DNA of 63,313 nucleotides, the filler included, from Reclinomonas americana ATCC 50394 (taxonomy: Eukaryota), in NCBI GenBank assembly GCA_048213135.1. It is 13 parts of 13 records of this genome, joined end to end, with 100 filler letters (N's around TTAATTAATTAA, not from the genome) between each part and the next. Parts side by side here need not be neighbours in the genome. Positions count along the whole stretch, not along the records: positions 28,360 to 32,597 come from AFZH01020986.1; positions 32,698 to 40,798 come from AFZH01020987.1; positions 40,899 to 47,739 come from AFZH01020988.1; 10 more parts are not named here. One strand, 5' to 3'. The translations under genes were made by a program, and so were the position numbers. The stretch's first letter is position 1; each line of letters starts with the position of its first letter. Of this stretch, positions 30,683-44,900 are shown one piece after another. The notes beneath the pieces were generated by a model, which did no database searches, had not been told where the DNA came from, and was given only the letters and a program-made list of their open reading frames with translations.

Positions 30683-32983
30683 TCAGTCATCGACATCGAC
30701 GAGGTCGACGATCTCTTGCTGCGCGCTGCGGGAGGTTGATCCGCGAGACGGTGGAGTTGTGCGTTGGTGTTGTTGTTGCTGCTGCTGCTGTTGTCGTTGT
30801 TGCTGCAGCTGCTGCCTTTCCAGTTGCTCGAGAGCGAGTTTCTCCTGCAGCCAGGCGAGTCCGCCGTCGCGGGTGGGCGTGAGCTGCAGGGCGAATTTGA
30901 GAGGGACGAGCTCGGGCGGTTCGGCTTCCGGCAGTGACCCGTCTGGTGGTGGTGGTGGTGGTGGCGGCGGCGGCGGCGGAGCTTCGACGGCGGCGGTGGC
31001 GGCCTCGCTGGCGGGCGGCTCATCGTCGGGTGCCGGTTCGTCGTCCTTGGACACTGTGCGCATGTCGGTGAGATCGCAAACAGGGGTGACGGGAGAAAGA
31101 AAGGGAGGCGTGCGCGAAACAGTCCACTAGCTGTTCCGTGCTGGCGGCGGCGGCGGCCGCCGCAGCTGCTGCTGCTGCCGCTGCAGCCGCACTCGCGGCG
31201 AGTTTGGCACGAAGCCACTGCACGTAGGTGACCTGCTGCTTGACGAATATACGCAGCTCGTCGTACTTGTACATGAGCTGCACGATGGGAAGTGCAGGCG
31301 GTCACACGCTGACAAGTCTCAAAGCAAGACATAATGGATCACGCAACGGGGCTAATGACCCGCCGCCGCCTCAACCACGACAACACGACATCACTCTCCG
31401 GGTAGCCCATCAACGAACGCGGTATCCGAATACCTTGCCTCTCCCACACTTCCAGCTGCTTCTGCTCTCGCCAGCACCTCCCACTGTCAGGTCGATAACC
31501 ATCACAACACAAAGCACTCACGCGACCATCGACGCACCTTGAGCAAGTGGAACACACTCGCCACATACCAACGAGAAGCGTGCGCCAAGACCACCGTCGT
31601 TGCACAATTTGGGTGCAGAAGTACGTCCTCATTCTTGCTCTGTGACGTCTCCCTGAACTGCACGGTCGCACCATTTTCAGCAGCTGCTCCACATTGTGCT
31701 GGTCACCACCACCACCACCACCACCACGTCACGCAACGTATTCGCTGATTTTGTTGAAGGCGAGTCCGCTGGGTGCCAACGGATTCAGTACTGTGTGTCG
31801 GTCCATCCCGCCAATCACCGGAACCTGGAATTGGAGCGTCACCAACTCGTCTTCATCCGATTGGCACATACACAGTAGACATCGAGGATCCCGGTCCAAC
31901 ACTTTGGCGCCCGCCTTGAGCGAGACGAACGGGTAGGCTCGATGAAGGTAATACTAATGCAGGTACACAACACAATCAGGAGCAAGCGGAGCGAGTTGAA
32001 GCAGCGTGGTGTGAGTCTCACCAAATGCTCATCCGAGGTCTTCGGTACCAACACCGCCGCCACGCTCTCGGTGGCCTTGATGAGATCCAATGCCGGCTGG
32101 AACAAATCACCTGCAGGATATTCCTCTGTCAGTCACAGCGCGCAAGTGCGTGGCGACGGGCACAGCAGGGTCACGCACGGCGACTGGACATGGTGCCGTG
32201 ATGCTTGTCGTGCAAAATGTTGCCCTTCTCCAACGAGTGCGTCATGAATTCGATAAAGGCCTCGAACAGAGGCACAGTGGGCATGGGCAATTCGGTAACC
32301 TCTGCCGCCGACTGACCATCTGCGTTCGCCCGATTGCGAGCACGACGCGGCGCTGCGGTGGAGTTGCGTGGCGGAGTGACAATGCCGTCGGGTTTCGGAA
32401 GCGGAGCACCGCTGCCCGTCTTCTCTCTGCTCGAGGAGAGATTGAGTGGCAAGGGAAACGATGGCAAGAGGAGCAAGGCGCGCAACTCGAGAAACTCCAC
32501 ATCCGAGTCCACATCGGCGTCCTCCTGGTCCAACGTCACCACCGTGTCGGCTTTTCTCTGGCTAGATGCTGCTGCATCGACGGTCACCGTGGTCGCANNN
32601 NNNNNNNNNNNNNNNNNNNNNNNNNNNNNNNNNNNNNNNNNTTAATTAATTAANNNNNNNNNNNNNNNNNNNNNNNNNNNNNNNNNNNNNNNNNNNNTGC
32701 ATTGCATGTGCAACTGTCGATCATCTTCGTCTTCTACATCCTCAATCTCCTCGGGCTGATCACTGGCCTCTGTGAGAGGCTTCCCTGGACCACCGAGAGC
32801 TTTCCGCGCGCGCGCTCGACCACGTTTGCGTGACCTTTTGCTGCGTTTTTCCTCGTGCTCTTGCTCTTCCTCTTCGTGCTCCTCGTCCTCGCCTTCGTCC
32901 TCGACAGCGAGGTTGATGTGACTGTTGCTGTTGCTGTGCTCGGCGGCGTGACGCGACTCGTCAGATCGTCGCCTGGACGACAT
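30683..32983 (-). CDS. Hypothetical nuclear-type protein (basic/acidic N-terminus, Cys pairs, polyA/P/Q tracts, SIM-like motifs); spans a gap
   Basis: KRSKRSRKR; CLLC and CGEC pairs; VVTLDQED, DVEFLE and terminal IVDLVDVDD. Exon linkage is only partly resolved. Confidence 0.4.
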
Positions 32984-33598
32984 CTTGATTGATTGTTGGC
33001 AAACTTGCAAGTGTGGGACATAAAACTTGCTGCGTGTTGTCTGTTTTGTTGCACTTTCGATGAGTGGAAGGGGCAGACGACTGTGTTATGTGCATATATG
33101 AGAGACCTTGAGCATGCGCTGCACTGTGTACCGTATTGTAGTCGACGTCGACGTTCGACGTCCGTCAATACCGAGCGTAAAAGATGCCAGCGAGGCCATA
33201 GAGACCGACTCCGTGTTCCCCGTATGAGAATACCACTGCGTACATAAAAGCCCACGGTCGTAGCCGAAGAGCATACGGTGAAGGCGACCAAGAATCCAAA
33301 TTCGAACATGTACAACACAGACAGCTGCAGCTGCAAGTGAGCACTTCGCGTGAGAAAATGACAGGCAGCTCCTTCTAGCGCCACCTAAGCTCACTCGTTT
33401 GCCACTCGTCTTGCACGCAGCGGCAGTTCGTGCTTGTCCGACAAGTCAGTTTTCAATTGTCCACACTCACATCAATGAACGATCGCGAAGATCGTCGCCT
33501 GGTGCTCCGGCATCAGTTGCGTGCCCCGCCACAAACAACAGCGTCCTTTATGCCTCTCTCTCCTTCCGCTCACTTGCTTTCTCTCTCACACACACAGA

Positions 33599-35263
33599 AT
33601 GGAAAAGCTCATGGCCGAGGTCAGCTTACCGGTCGAAGAACGGCACTTTTTCCGGGCGTTGTTGCTCAAGCCTGCGGTCGCCACCTTCACAGTCTTGTCC
33701 AACATGGAGGAATGGGTGTGTCTCTCTCTCTCTCTTCCTCCTCTCTCTTGCTCCTCAGTGTGCGCGCGCGTGTGTGTGTGTCTCACACGACAATCAACGG
33801 CCAGATTTCCGTGTTGCGACAGCACAAGAAGCGCACTCTGGAGGTGCTCAAGGTCATTCAGCAGCGTGAAGAGTGCCTCGATGCGTTGCACGAGCTCGGC
33901 CTGTTGCTGCTTGATCGCTCGCGAAGGTCCTTCACTCTCATGTGTGTGTCACGATCGATCAATCATTCGTTGCTCACCTTGAGCGCACAGTCAACCGATG
34001 AAGCGCATTCGCACCGAGGTGTTGCGCAACACCAAGGCACTGCAGATGTTGTCGTTACAGGTGGTCGATCGCATACAAAAGTGGCGCGATCCCTCTGCGC
34101 TCACTCGACCGTGGCCGTTCATGTGGAAGGGTACCCCCGTCTCTCTCTCTCTGTCTCTCTGTGTGTTGTGACGCGGGGGCCTCCGCTCATCATCATCATC
34201 GCGCCGCAGGTCAGAACTACATTCGCAAGATGAGTGGCGACACGCAGCTGTTGGACACAATGGAGATCTCGCTGGTGTTGCCGATTACCTTCAAGGATAA
34301 CCCGCTGCTGCGCGACTTGGATGGTGTGTTGCATCGAATCACCAAGGCCGAGCCGGCTGATGTTGTGCTCAAGACGCGCGTGGGCTTTCGTGGCTACGAT
34401 CGCCGATCCGATCGCCGTGGTTTGTTCGGGTGTTGCCTGCCTGTGTGTGACGACCAAGTGCCGACCACTGTCTGCAGAGCACACGAAGGTGATCCGGTGG
34501 GTGGAACGAATCATCAGCGAGGAGGGCACGCTACAGAGGCTGCTGTCGCGCGAGTGCGTCCACCGCCGATCCCTACCGCAACACGGTCCGCGCTCGTTCT
34601 CATTGTCGCGCGCACAGGGTGATTGACATGCAGCGCCAGGGTCTCATTCTGCCGTCGCTGCAGACCAAGATCTGCACTCCTGGTGAGTCACGTGCGTTGC
34701 CACGGCGATCCGTGCCACTGACAACACACACTCACGGCGTGAGCACAGAGTGGCAACTGCTGCCGGGTTCGTCGACGCCATCCAATCTGTCGTCCATGAA
34801 TGCCATGCTGGAGCCGCCATCGCGACCCATGTCGGCGTCTGCCTCTCTCGGTCGTGCCTCACGACCAGTCGCGGCGGCCACCGCTGCCTCCATCTTCTCG
34901 TCGCCGTCGTCGGCCGGCCAGGAATCGTCGCAGAGAACCGACAGCGATGAGGAGAGTGAGAGCGACGCCGACGACGAGTACGACGAGGTGCCGCGTACGC
35001 ACCAGCTGCACCAAGCGCCGCCTCCCGACAAGAGCCAGCTGAGAGTATCCACGACCTCATCGCACCTCTCCTCGAGCGTCGACAAGACCTTGTCGGCCGT
35101 CACTCCACCTGCGTCCGCAACGAAACCTTCACAGCCACCGCCACCGCCACCACCACCACCACAAGCACAAGCACAGGCATCCCGCGCCGGCGCCTCCTCC
35201 CCGTCGTCCTCGTCCGCCAGCGACGACAGCGACGAATTCGAGGACGACGACGACGAGGAATGA
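33599..35263 (+). CDS. Hypothetical helical protein with a WR...PFMWKG-QNYIRKM motif and an acidic Ser/Pro-rich tail
   Basis: Spliced exons read MEKLMAEV...IQQREECL...VVDRIQKWR...PWPFMWKGQNYIRKMSGD; family not firmly recognised. Confidence 0.55.
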
Positions 35264-35321
35264 AATTCGTGTTGAATAATGACAAGAGAAAGAAGACTGA
35301 CTGTGTACACTCAGCCGTGCA

Positions 35322-37501
35322 TTACACCAGCTGATTGGGTGGTGGCTGCGAGCTGCGCCGTGCCCGCTGCTTCTCCCCGAGTTCCTCATCGAACAACTCG
35401 CCATCCGCCACGCCGCCTTCGCCATCGCCGTCGGCCATCAGATCGTCGGCGTAGGGCATAAATGGCGTGACGGTGGCCATGGAGGCGGCGGTGGCCGGTG
35501 GGGAGAACACCATGGCCGTCGTGGTGGTCATGGTGGTGGTGGCGCCAGGCACCACCGGCGTCGGCGTTGTGGTGGTGGTGGTGGTCGTCGTCGACACCAC
35601 CGGACCATTGCCACTTGCTCCCTGCTTGCCGCCGGAGGCCAAGTGAGCGGCAACTCGTGCACTGGGTCGACGGACGTTGCGGTTGGGTGGGGCTCGAGCT
35701 CCGCGTCCGCCATTGGGCGCATCCGTCGATTCCGCCACGTCGACAATCGCCGGCGACACAAAGTTCGGGCTGGTCAGGCGCCACCGCCACACTCCCATCA
35801 CGGCCACCCACACCACCAACGTTGTGACGAGGACAGTGGCCACGATGCTCACACTCGGACCCGCATACACCAGTGCCGGCTGCGCGAGAATGAGAGCAAG
35901 AGAGGGTGAGTTTGGCAAGCGAGCGCGGAGACTGCTGCAAGTGACACACCTTGTCGCCGCCGAACGGATCCGGCTCATCCTCCGGCCACAGCGCCACGCA
36001 GGCGAGCAGCGACAGCAGGAAGACGAGCAGCTGCTTGCCAATGAGCAGCCACGACCGCACATCAATGCCCCACACTGTCGGAGTCTTGTGGGCGGATTCT
36101 GGGGCGTGTGGCGACGTCCGAGTCGGTAGCTGGAACGCGAACGTGTTGAGGACGCCGTAGAAGAACACACGAAGCGCACAAGCCGCGCCGTACGCTCTGC
36201 ATGTGTAGGAGGATGAGCGGTCGGCAGCTACAGCGCTCTCTAATGAGATGCGGGCGCTCGCAACGGTTCGTCAATGTCGGCCTCGGTCGTCGCGCGTCGA
36301 TCGTGATACCACGAGACAATCGTCGACAGCGCAAAGTTGCCGAGCAACGCGAACATCGTGATCCGGGTGCTGTGACGAGGTCAGCAAACGTGCCCACACG
36401 ACACACACACACAGACGAGCACTCACCCCAGGCTGTGCACCGAAAAGGCGGTGAACAGCACCAGCGCAGCGCAGTGCGTGCCGGCGCACAGTGCCGCCAG
36501 GAAACGCGTCACTGCCGAGCCACTCTCCGCAACAACGGCGTCAAAGTTGGTCAGGCAGCCGACCGACAGCGACGACACAAACACGGCCGAGAGGAAAATG
36601 CCGTTCTTCAGCGCCTCCACGTTGGAGATGCCACAAACGAGCAGCATGATCAGTGTTGGCGCAGACTGCATCGCATCCGCACGCCGGTAAGAGAGACAAC
36701 AGCGAACACTCAACAGAAACGATCAATGCAGCCGCGCACCAGCAGCAGGGCAGCCAGCGTGCTAAACGTAAACGCCGTGGCCTCACTGTGCACATAGTCG
36801 ACCGGCGACTCGGCCGTCTTGCGACAGCAAAAGCAGAATCCGTACGTCCACGACGACGTGTTCGAGGCCGCGTTGACCATCCACGCCGGCAACGGCGGCT
36901 CCTCATCCGCCTGCTCCCCATTAACCTCCGCATCCCGATACCGCATCGCTCGTCGCCTTGCCGCATCCGCACCAGTCTCCGCCGGCACATCCAGCGCCAG
37001 TGGCAGCAACGCGCGCACCCGCTGACTCGGAATGCACGTGGCCAGCAGATCAGCACGCACAAAGCTCGACACACCCTTGAGCAGCGGCACCAGGTGCCAT
37101 GCGCCGACTGTGGCTGCTGCGGCGGCGGCCATCACACGACGCATCAACAAGACGATCTTTGCAGTGTCGACATCGCCCTCGTCGCGCAGTGCAAACAGTC
37201 GCCACGAGGTGAGCATCGCCAGCAGCGAGGAGACCGCTGAGGAGACAATCAGAGTCACCAGCAGCGCAGTGGCTGTCACGCGCTCGGTGTCGTTGTGAGG
37301 TCGCGTCGACCATTGGTGAATGAGCGCCACACACAAGATCCACCCCTGTGCAGTGCATTGAGTGAGCGCTCTTGAAGAGTGTGCGTGTGTGAGTGCGCGC
37401 AAGAGTGAGTGCGTAACAAGTGTGTTGACGACGCCAGTGGTGAGCACAAAGACGCGCGAGGAGAGCTGCATTGCGCAGTCGCGCGCTCGTGCCGACGACA
37501 T
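35322..37501 (-). CDS. Multi-pass membrane protein, hypothetical
   Basis: About 8-10 hydrophobic segments across ORFs 36710..37702, 36423..36713, 35386..36168 and 35322..36179. Confidence 0.5.
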
Positions 37502-37972
37502 TTTTTTGCTGAGTGAGAGGAGTGCTCGCAAAACGCGCGCGAAACACTCTGCTGACGGAGAATGAGCTCGCAGCAGTGCCCAATGTGCGGCTCTGCTCTG
37601 CGTATGTGTCGCACAGCGCACCCTCAGACTGCACTCGTTGTGTGTGAGCAAGCAGAGGTGCGTGTGTCTCTGTCTCGCCTGCGGCATGAGTGATCTCATC
37701 ATTCATCATTGACGCAGTGTTTATTCCCGTTTGGTGCCTCCGATGAGACTCTGCAGCAGTGCACAGTGACACTGCCGCCTGTGAGTGCGGGCTCGCATCT
37801 GCACGAGTTCTATCGCGTGTACGCGGAACGTTGTGTGTGTGTGTGTGTATGTTCTGCTGCTCGTGCCCTGCTCATTCGCTCATGAGACAAGAGGGGTCGC
37901 AGGTGTGGCGCGCAGCTCGGCTGCTGCTGGACCCAGTTGAGACAGAGACTCCAGAGCTGTCAGTCGACAGGG

Positions 37973-40900
37973 TCAAAGATGCGCTGCTGTTGTGTGCGCA
38001 GGTGAGCCTCGGTGTGTTTTTTCCGCGTTGGTGCAGCGTGCAAGGCAAGACGCAACTCGTGGCGATTGACCGTCGTCGCTGGGCGGATAGTCGGCGGCTT
38101 CGTCGTCCATCTCTGCTGTCTGCATGTCCATGTCGTCTTCGTCGTCGTAGACCTCGTCGTCGCTCTGCAGGCGAGTGAGTCGAAGTGGGGGGAGGCAATG
38201 AAGGTGCAGAGAACTAAACCTCGGGGAACTGGTTGAGCCAGGCGCAAATGGTGTTTCGTGCGCATAGCGAGCGGCGAAGCACCTCCAGTCGCCCGTCCTG
38301 CACACGCACAGAGGATGGTGATTAGCAGATGATGGATGGAGGGGGGATGGGCAGGTTCGTGAATTGACACCTTCCACAGGGCGAGCAGCGAGTCGGCGCC
38401 GCCAGTGGCAAACATGGTCTCGCCGAGTGACACCGCCACTTCGACGGAGCCACTGTGTGCGCACAGCTCGCCCACCTTGTCGAACGTGTAGATCTTGCGC
38501 GGACGACTCATTCTGGAGTGAGAGAGAGAGATGAGTGAGGCGTGCAGCGTGGAACCATGTCAATGCTGCGGCCGACGACGCAACGAAGAGACTTGGTACG
38601 TCTTGACCGTCACCGGTAGTGATGGTGACGTACTGTGACACCGCACGCAGTCAGCGACACAACTATCGTACAAACAACAACACGCCCGCAACGCAACGGC
38701 GAGGACGCGGAAGCTGCCGAGGCCGCCACCGACGGCGACGAGGCCGACGAGGCCGCGGACTTGCTGCTGGCTTTGGCTGGCACGGCGTTGGTAATGCTCG
38801 GGAATGTCTGGCACATCAGTCAGTCGCGAAGTACATGGCGAGTGATTTGGGGAGCACGCAACAGAGCGCGAGCCCGACGACGGCTTCCGCTGCTGCAGGT
38901 CCCACACGAGGATCGCCGAATCGGCCGCGCAGGTGATCAGTCGGCGCCTGTGGCGCGGTTGGTCCAACAATGACACAATGCAAAAAAGGAGGGCGGCAAA
39001 CGCAACCCTTCATGTGAGACCACCAGAGCCTGGATGGTGGCGCGGTGTGCTTTCGGTACGTGGCCGACACACTCGCCAGTCTCCATGTTGTACACACAAA
39101 AGCCAGTCCCCGACGACATGGCCACCGTATCCTGTGTTTCCTCGTGAATAAGGACGCACACATGCGCGCGATGAGGGGGAATGACGCACCCGTGACACCA
39201 CACGAATGCATCGTACGGCAAGCGGATCCGGCATGTTCTTCTGTGTGTACGACTCAAAGTAGTTTACGACTCGCAGCGGCACTGGCAGGCCTACAGGGCA
39301 CATGGAGTGTGCCACCTCGTCTCCACTGGGCGCTGCGGATTGCACACTAAGCTCGCCACTCAACGTAGCAGCAACCAGCGGTACGTACCTGGAGTCGAAT
39401 TCCACAGGACCACCATGCCGTCGAGCGATGCAGACACGAAGCGGCTGTTTGAGAGCGAGCGCAGCGTGGAAATGGCCTCCCGATGAATCGACAATCGTCC
39501 CAGTGCCGTACCGTCGCGCCAATCATACACAACTGTGAACACCGGGGGGAATAAGGTGGACGGGATGTGAGCTCCTACAGTATGTGATTTTACAACGCAA
39601 CATAAATCGGCCAGCGTCGAGCCCGTCACAATGCGACAACAAGTGAGGGGAACGATGCCCATTAAACCTGCAGCGCGCCCACCCACCACCGGTCAGGCAC
39701 TCCTCCACCTGGATGAACTCCCTTGGCGCGCGGCTACGCAACTCTCTTGCTGGTCATCCGGATGCCGGTGTATCCGCCGATACCCGCTGGCCAGCACACT
39801 CATACTCCACAAAAGCATGAACGAGTCGTTGCCGCCGGAGCACATCCACGTTCCATCGAGATTGGTCATCACCTTGACAGCACCACGGTGCTCGTCGAGC
39901 ACATGAGCCAGAGAACCATCCTCGCTGTGCCACACCTGCAGTACCCGATCGCACCGTTAGCAATCAATGGCTTTCGACTCCCCTCATACTCGGTCAGCAA
40001 ACCTTGATGGATTCGCGGCGGTCCACAGACGAAGACACCACATACTCGCCCATTTCCAGCAACGCAGTAATGGGACCCTCGTGTGCCCGCACTCTCCACA
40101 CGCGCTCCCCCGACCCTATCCGCCACATGCACACCCACCCACCATCGCACCCGGTGGCGAAACAACGACTGCGCGCGCACACACGCACATGAGCGGGAGG
40201 GAAGCAAAAAATCACGCAGGCGCAGAAAACACAAACCCCTCCTCCGAGTGCACCAACACCGCCACACGGATGCGGTCGGTGTGGCCGAGAAGCACCTGCA
40301 GTTCCGTGTAGGGATTCGCGGCTGTATTATCAAAGAAGCTGGCGGAGTCTTGCGACATTGGGGAGGTTGGCGACGAGGCCGAGCCGGCGGCCACCGACGC
40401 TCCCATTGCCGCGCCGAGCATCACTCCTGCAATGGCGTGTGACGCGAGGAGGCAACAAGGAGAGGCAGAGGAGAGAGGTGGCACACACCTCCTGAAGCCG
40501 CTGGGCTCACAGCACGTGCGGCCGCCATGTGAGCCGCACGACTCGACGACGGCAACGAGTTGGAACGCGACGTACGACCCCCACCCGTTCCTGCTCCAAG
40601 CCCGTCAGAAACACTCACGGTGCTGCCCCAGTCACATATACACACACACTCACCAGGCAACGACATGGTCTGTCGCAACGCCTCGGCGCTCTCCATGGCG
40701 TCAGCATCGCTGACTGTGCTCGACGACGACGACCGTGGAATGCCAAGTCGCGGAGACACAGAGCTGTCGCCCGAGTTGGAGGAGCGAGTAGAGGCCGGNN
40801 NNNNNNNNNNNNNNNNNNNNNNNNNNNNNNNNNNNNNNNNNNTTAATTAATTAANNNNNNNNNNNNNNNNNNNNNNNNNNNNNNNNNNNNNNNNNNNNGA

Positions 40901-41029
40901 CCCAGTGCTGCTGCCGGTGGCGGAGAAGTCGCCACCACCGGTACGCGGAGAGGAGGCGCCGTAGTCGTCGGAGATGGACGCAGCAGCGCTGTTGCTGGAG
41001 GGGCCGCCTGATGATTGCTGTTGGCCCAT
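37973..41029 (-). CDS. WDR41: WD40-repeat protein, WDR41-like, with N-terminal MGQQQS myristoylation-like start; spans a gap
   Basis: NPYTELQVLLGHTDRIR resembles the WDR41 first repeat; multiple GH/WD repeats (DEHRGAV...SGGNDSFMLLW; FVSASLDGMVVLW; LITCAADSAILVWD); last repeat GELCAHSGSVE...GGADSLLALWK-TG. Confidence 0.6.
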
Positions 41030-41967
41030 TGTGCAACACTAAAAAAAATTGGATTGCGGGAGGACGTCGACCGAGGCAAAGAGAGTGGCAGTGGGGGGGG
41101 GGGGGTGGCGGGGGATGCGCGGTAGTGGAGAAGTGAATATGACCGCTGCGGACGATGCTGCGGCATTCCACTGCCGACGTTGATATCGACTTCGAAGTTG
41201 GAGATCGTCTATAATTGCAACCGTGGCATCGCCGGGGCCTGGCCTTCTGTCGTTGCTTTTGGCATCGAGGTCAGCGAACTGCAACGCACTGATGTTCGAA
41301 GGGCTGCGTTTGCAATTGCGATGCGCATGTCCAGACGCGTATCCCGAAGCTTCCCGTGAGCGTATACGAAGATACGAATGCGATCAATTCACCTGCACTC
41401 CGGTCCATGATGTGCCGCGAAACTGCAGGGAGCTGGTTTGAACGTCGACAAGTCCAAATCCGAAATATTGGTGGCGGTCCGAACATTTTGCGCAAGCAGC
41501 CTCCGGAATCCTGCCTGAAGTTACCTGCAGCCCTTGCCTTCAAGCACACAGGTACCTCATGCATTCGGATTTTGGGGCTGCTTGGCTGAAATCGCTGTAT
41601 GGATTGTCCGGTTTGATCGGACAGCCAACCGACGCATCATCAAAATCGATCTCTCGGAAATCGGAAGCGCGGCCTCTGTGTACAACAACATCTCTCTCTC
41701 CCCTCTCTCTGCAATCTCTCTTTCAGGCCTTGCTTCCCCTCCCGAGTTCCTGCCTGTGTGCATCATCAACAACAACAACAACAACAAGAACAGTCTTGGC
41801 ATCTTGTTCCGAACGGCTCCCAAGACTTGCATTCGACAACAACCAACAACAAGCAAACAAGCAAGCAGCAGGCAGTGATCAAGCGTGTGTTTGTGTGTGC
41901 GCGGACACCTCGCTGGCAACTCAACAGCAGCATGTCGGCGGCAGTGGGATCCGTGATTGGCCACCGC

Positions 41968-44900
41968 ATGTCGGTGCTGCCTGTCCTCTTTCTCCTCTTC
42001 CTCCTCCTCCTTCCTATCTTCAGTGCGGCGTCCTCTGCCGCTGATGCAGTCGGCAACGACTGGGCTGTGGACGCCACCTCCATCAAGAACAACAACAACA
42101 ACAACAACAATCGTCATCATGTGTCCGACTCCACCTCCGCGGAGCATCGCAGTACAGCGGCGGCTTCGGCGGCGGCGTCGTCGTTCACGCCGTCGATCGT
42201 CGGCCGCGCCATTTCCCGTCGAGTGCACACTCCTCGCGCACAGACGGCGTCAATCGCTCTCCGTGACCGCGCTGCCGGTGTGTGTGTGTGTGTGGTCATT
42301 GCCATCGTCCCGGGCATGAGCGGCAACTCACTCACTCTTGCCTCTCCGCCTCTGTCACGCAGATCCCGGATCGCTGGCGTCACAACTGCTTGCGTCAGTG
42401 TGCTGGTGAGTGAGCGTGTGTGTGCGTGTGAGAGGAGAGTCGAAGGAGGCTGATCGTCGTCGTCGGTTGATATAGTGGTGTCGGCGTTTCTGCGCTTGTT
42501 GCGCTTCTCGCGCTGCTGTCGAGTGGCGGCGATACTCGTCGAAGTGACAGCAGTGCTCGGGCTATGTCGCATCAGCCGCGGGCCGTCCGTGTTCTCCTTG
42601 TCGTCGCTCTCGTCGTTCTCAGCATCGCCACGCAAGCTCGCGGTACGATGCGACCGCGCGCCTCGCTCGTGCAATGCATTCTTCTTCGTTCACAGTGGTC
42701 GTTTCCGCAGGTCAAACCATTTCTGTCTTCTACCCCGCGGCGCTTGCGCCGGTCGACGGCCAGATGCTGAGCATCACGGGCACCTCGCTTACGGTGACCG
42801 GCAGCGACGCCAGTGCTGTGGTCATTTACCCCGTGGCCACCGGAAGCTGCACATCGATGAGGTACCAGCGCCACGCCATGTGTTGCGCTTGCTTATACTG
42901 CAGCTTCATACTCAATGCGCTTCCCGACAGTACTGTCGGCTTCGTGCAATCTGCGTCGTCGACGCGCATTGTGGTGCTCTTCAATCTCTCCTCGGCCACC
43001 ACTGGCGACTACAAAATCTGTTTGCGACGTAACAGCACTGGTTCGTACCTCCAGCCGACGCTGGTGGTGCCTGTAGGTGCGTCGCGGATAATCGGAGCAC
43101 AAAAAATCTTGTGCTTTCTGTCAGTTGCTCACCACTCGTGACATATGTGTGCGTGCATGTAGCCACGCCGACTGTGTGTACGTACATGGTGCGTGGCGAA
43201 TTCTGACGTTCTTCTGGAAGTTCGCGTGATTCACTTTACTTGCGCACGCAGGGTCAACTCGGAACCGCATCCAGTGTCGATGGAGCGCGGTCGTCGGCCA
43301 CTGTGAACTCTCCTTCAAGTGTGGCCGTGGTGCCCTCTGGAGATGTGTACGTGACCGAGACGGTGAGTGTGTGACCGCGCCAAAAAAATATGACCATGCT
43401 CTGATACTCAGGGTCGTGCACTGCAGACTGGCAATCGGATTCGTCTCGTGTCGGTGAGTTGTTGATGTCGCCCACTCCGCTCGTGTGAGTTGTGTTTGTG
43501 ACTCTCAGTTGTGCAATGTAGCCGGACGGCACTGTGAGCACGGCAGCGGGAACTGGTGCGGCGGGGAGCTCCGACAACGCAGTAGGCACCTCAGCCACCG
43601 TGAATGGGCCGACTGCAATCACGTATGACTCGTCTACCAGCCGACTTGTGTTCACCGAGCCTTCGTCGAACAACGTGCGCACGCTTACCATCAGCTCTAC
43701 TGCCGTGTCCACTCTTACCGGCTCGATCCCGAGTCCCAGCGACGTTGCCGCATTGTCGACTCAGTTGCTGGTGGCCTCGTCGGTATGTGCACCTCGGTTC
43801 ACTCTCTTGCAACGTGTATGCAGTCGCTGACACTCGCGTTTTTTTCCTTCATTCATTGCAGTCCACGAACCAAATTCTGTCGATTCCAAATTCTGGCTGC
43901 GGTGGCAGTCTTTCCGCATGTTGCGTTCGCATACAAGTAGTTCGTGTGGTTGCTTCCTCCACAGCTGACCGGCCTTGTACATTGTGTTGTGCGATAATTG
44001 ATGCGCAGGCGTTGTCACTACCGTTGTCGGTGCGAGTGGATCGTCTACCTGGGCCGACGGATCGCTTCCTTCCACCATTGGGTAGGTGTCATTCTGGGTT
44101 TCGTTCCGTATTGCCCTGCGTTTGAATTGACTCGTTTGCTTTACTTTGGTGTCATCCAGCGTTCCACGTTCACTGGCAGTCGTCTCTGCAGCTAGCGGGC
44201 AGTTCTACATGGCGGTTCGTCAAACCGTATTTTGCTTTTAGTTTCGCCCCGTGCTAACCCAAACCGGTCATGCTGCAGGGCGACTTTCAAATCAGCTTTG
44301 CCTCAATAGGTTTGTCTTCAAGCAGCGCCGTATTGCAGCCTTAGCCAGGATACACTGACTGCTGTGCGCTGGGTGTTATAGGTGGTTCAATTGCGCGCGT
44401 TGCGGGCAACGGGTCGACTTCCGGCTCCACTGACGGCAATGCGTTGACGACTGCGTTGCTGAATTCTCCTGGCTACATCGCGTATGAGTTGCGTCTCACG
44501 GTAACACGAGGCGATTCACACGCTACACCTGTGCCTAAATTTATTGCATTCCGTCGCAGCTCCGTGGTTGGCAGTCTACTCTTTGCCGACAAGGTATTTA
44601 TTGGGGCAGTGATAGTGCACGAATACTGTGTGTACCCGCGCTCACTTTCCTCGTGCAGGGCCTCTCGTCACTGCGCATGTTGCAACCTGCATTCACAACT
44701 ACTGCGTCAGTGGCAGTGCCCGGCCGCGTAAGTACGATTGCCAGCGGCTTCACAACACCCACTGGCGCCATCATTCACGGAAGTGGAGTGCTTACCTTTG
44801 TGCCCGAATCGGTGTGTTGCATTCTTGTGTGCGTGCATGTGGACCAGGAGCGTGCTAACGCATGCAAAATAACGCAGTCGAATCACGTTATCCGCGCCCT

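Noticed and set aside
41170..41700. Coding-looking intergenic stretch between the WDR41-like and surface-protein genes
   Set aside because: Only short, stop-interrupted ORFs with no motif I can recognise; possibly a decayed element, but unsupported.
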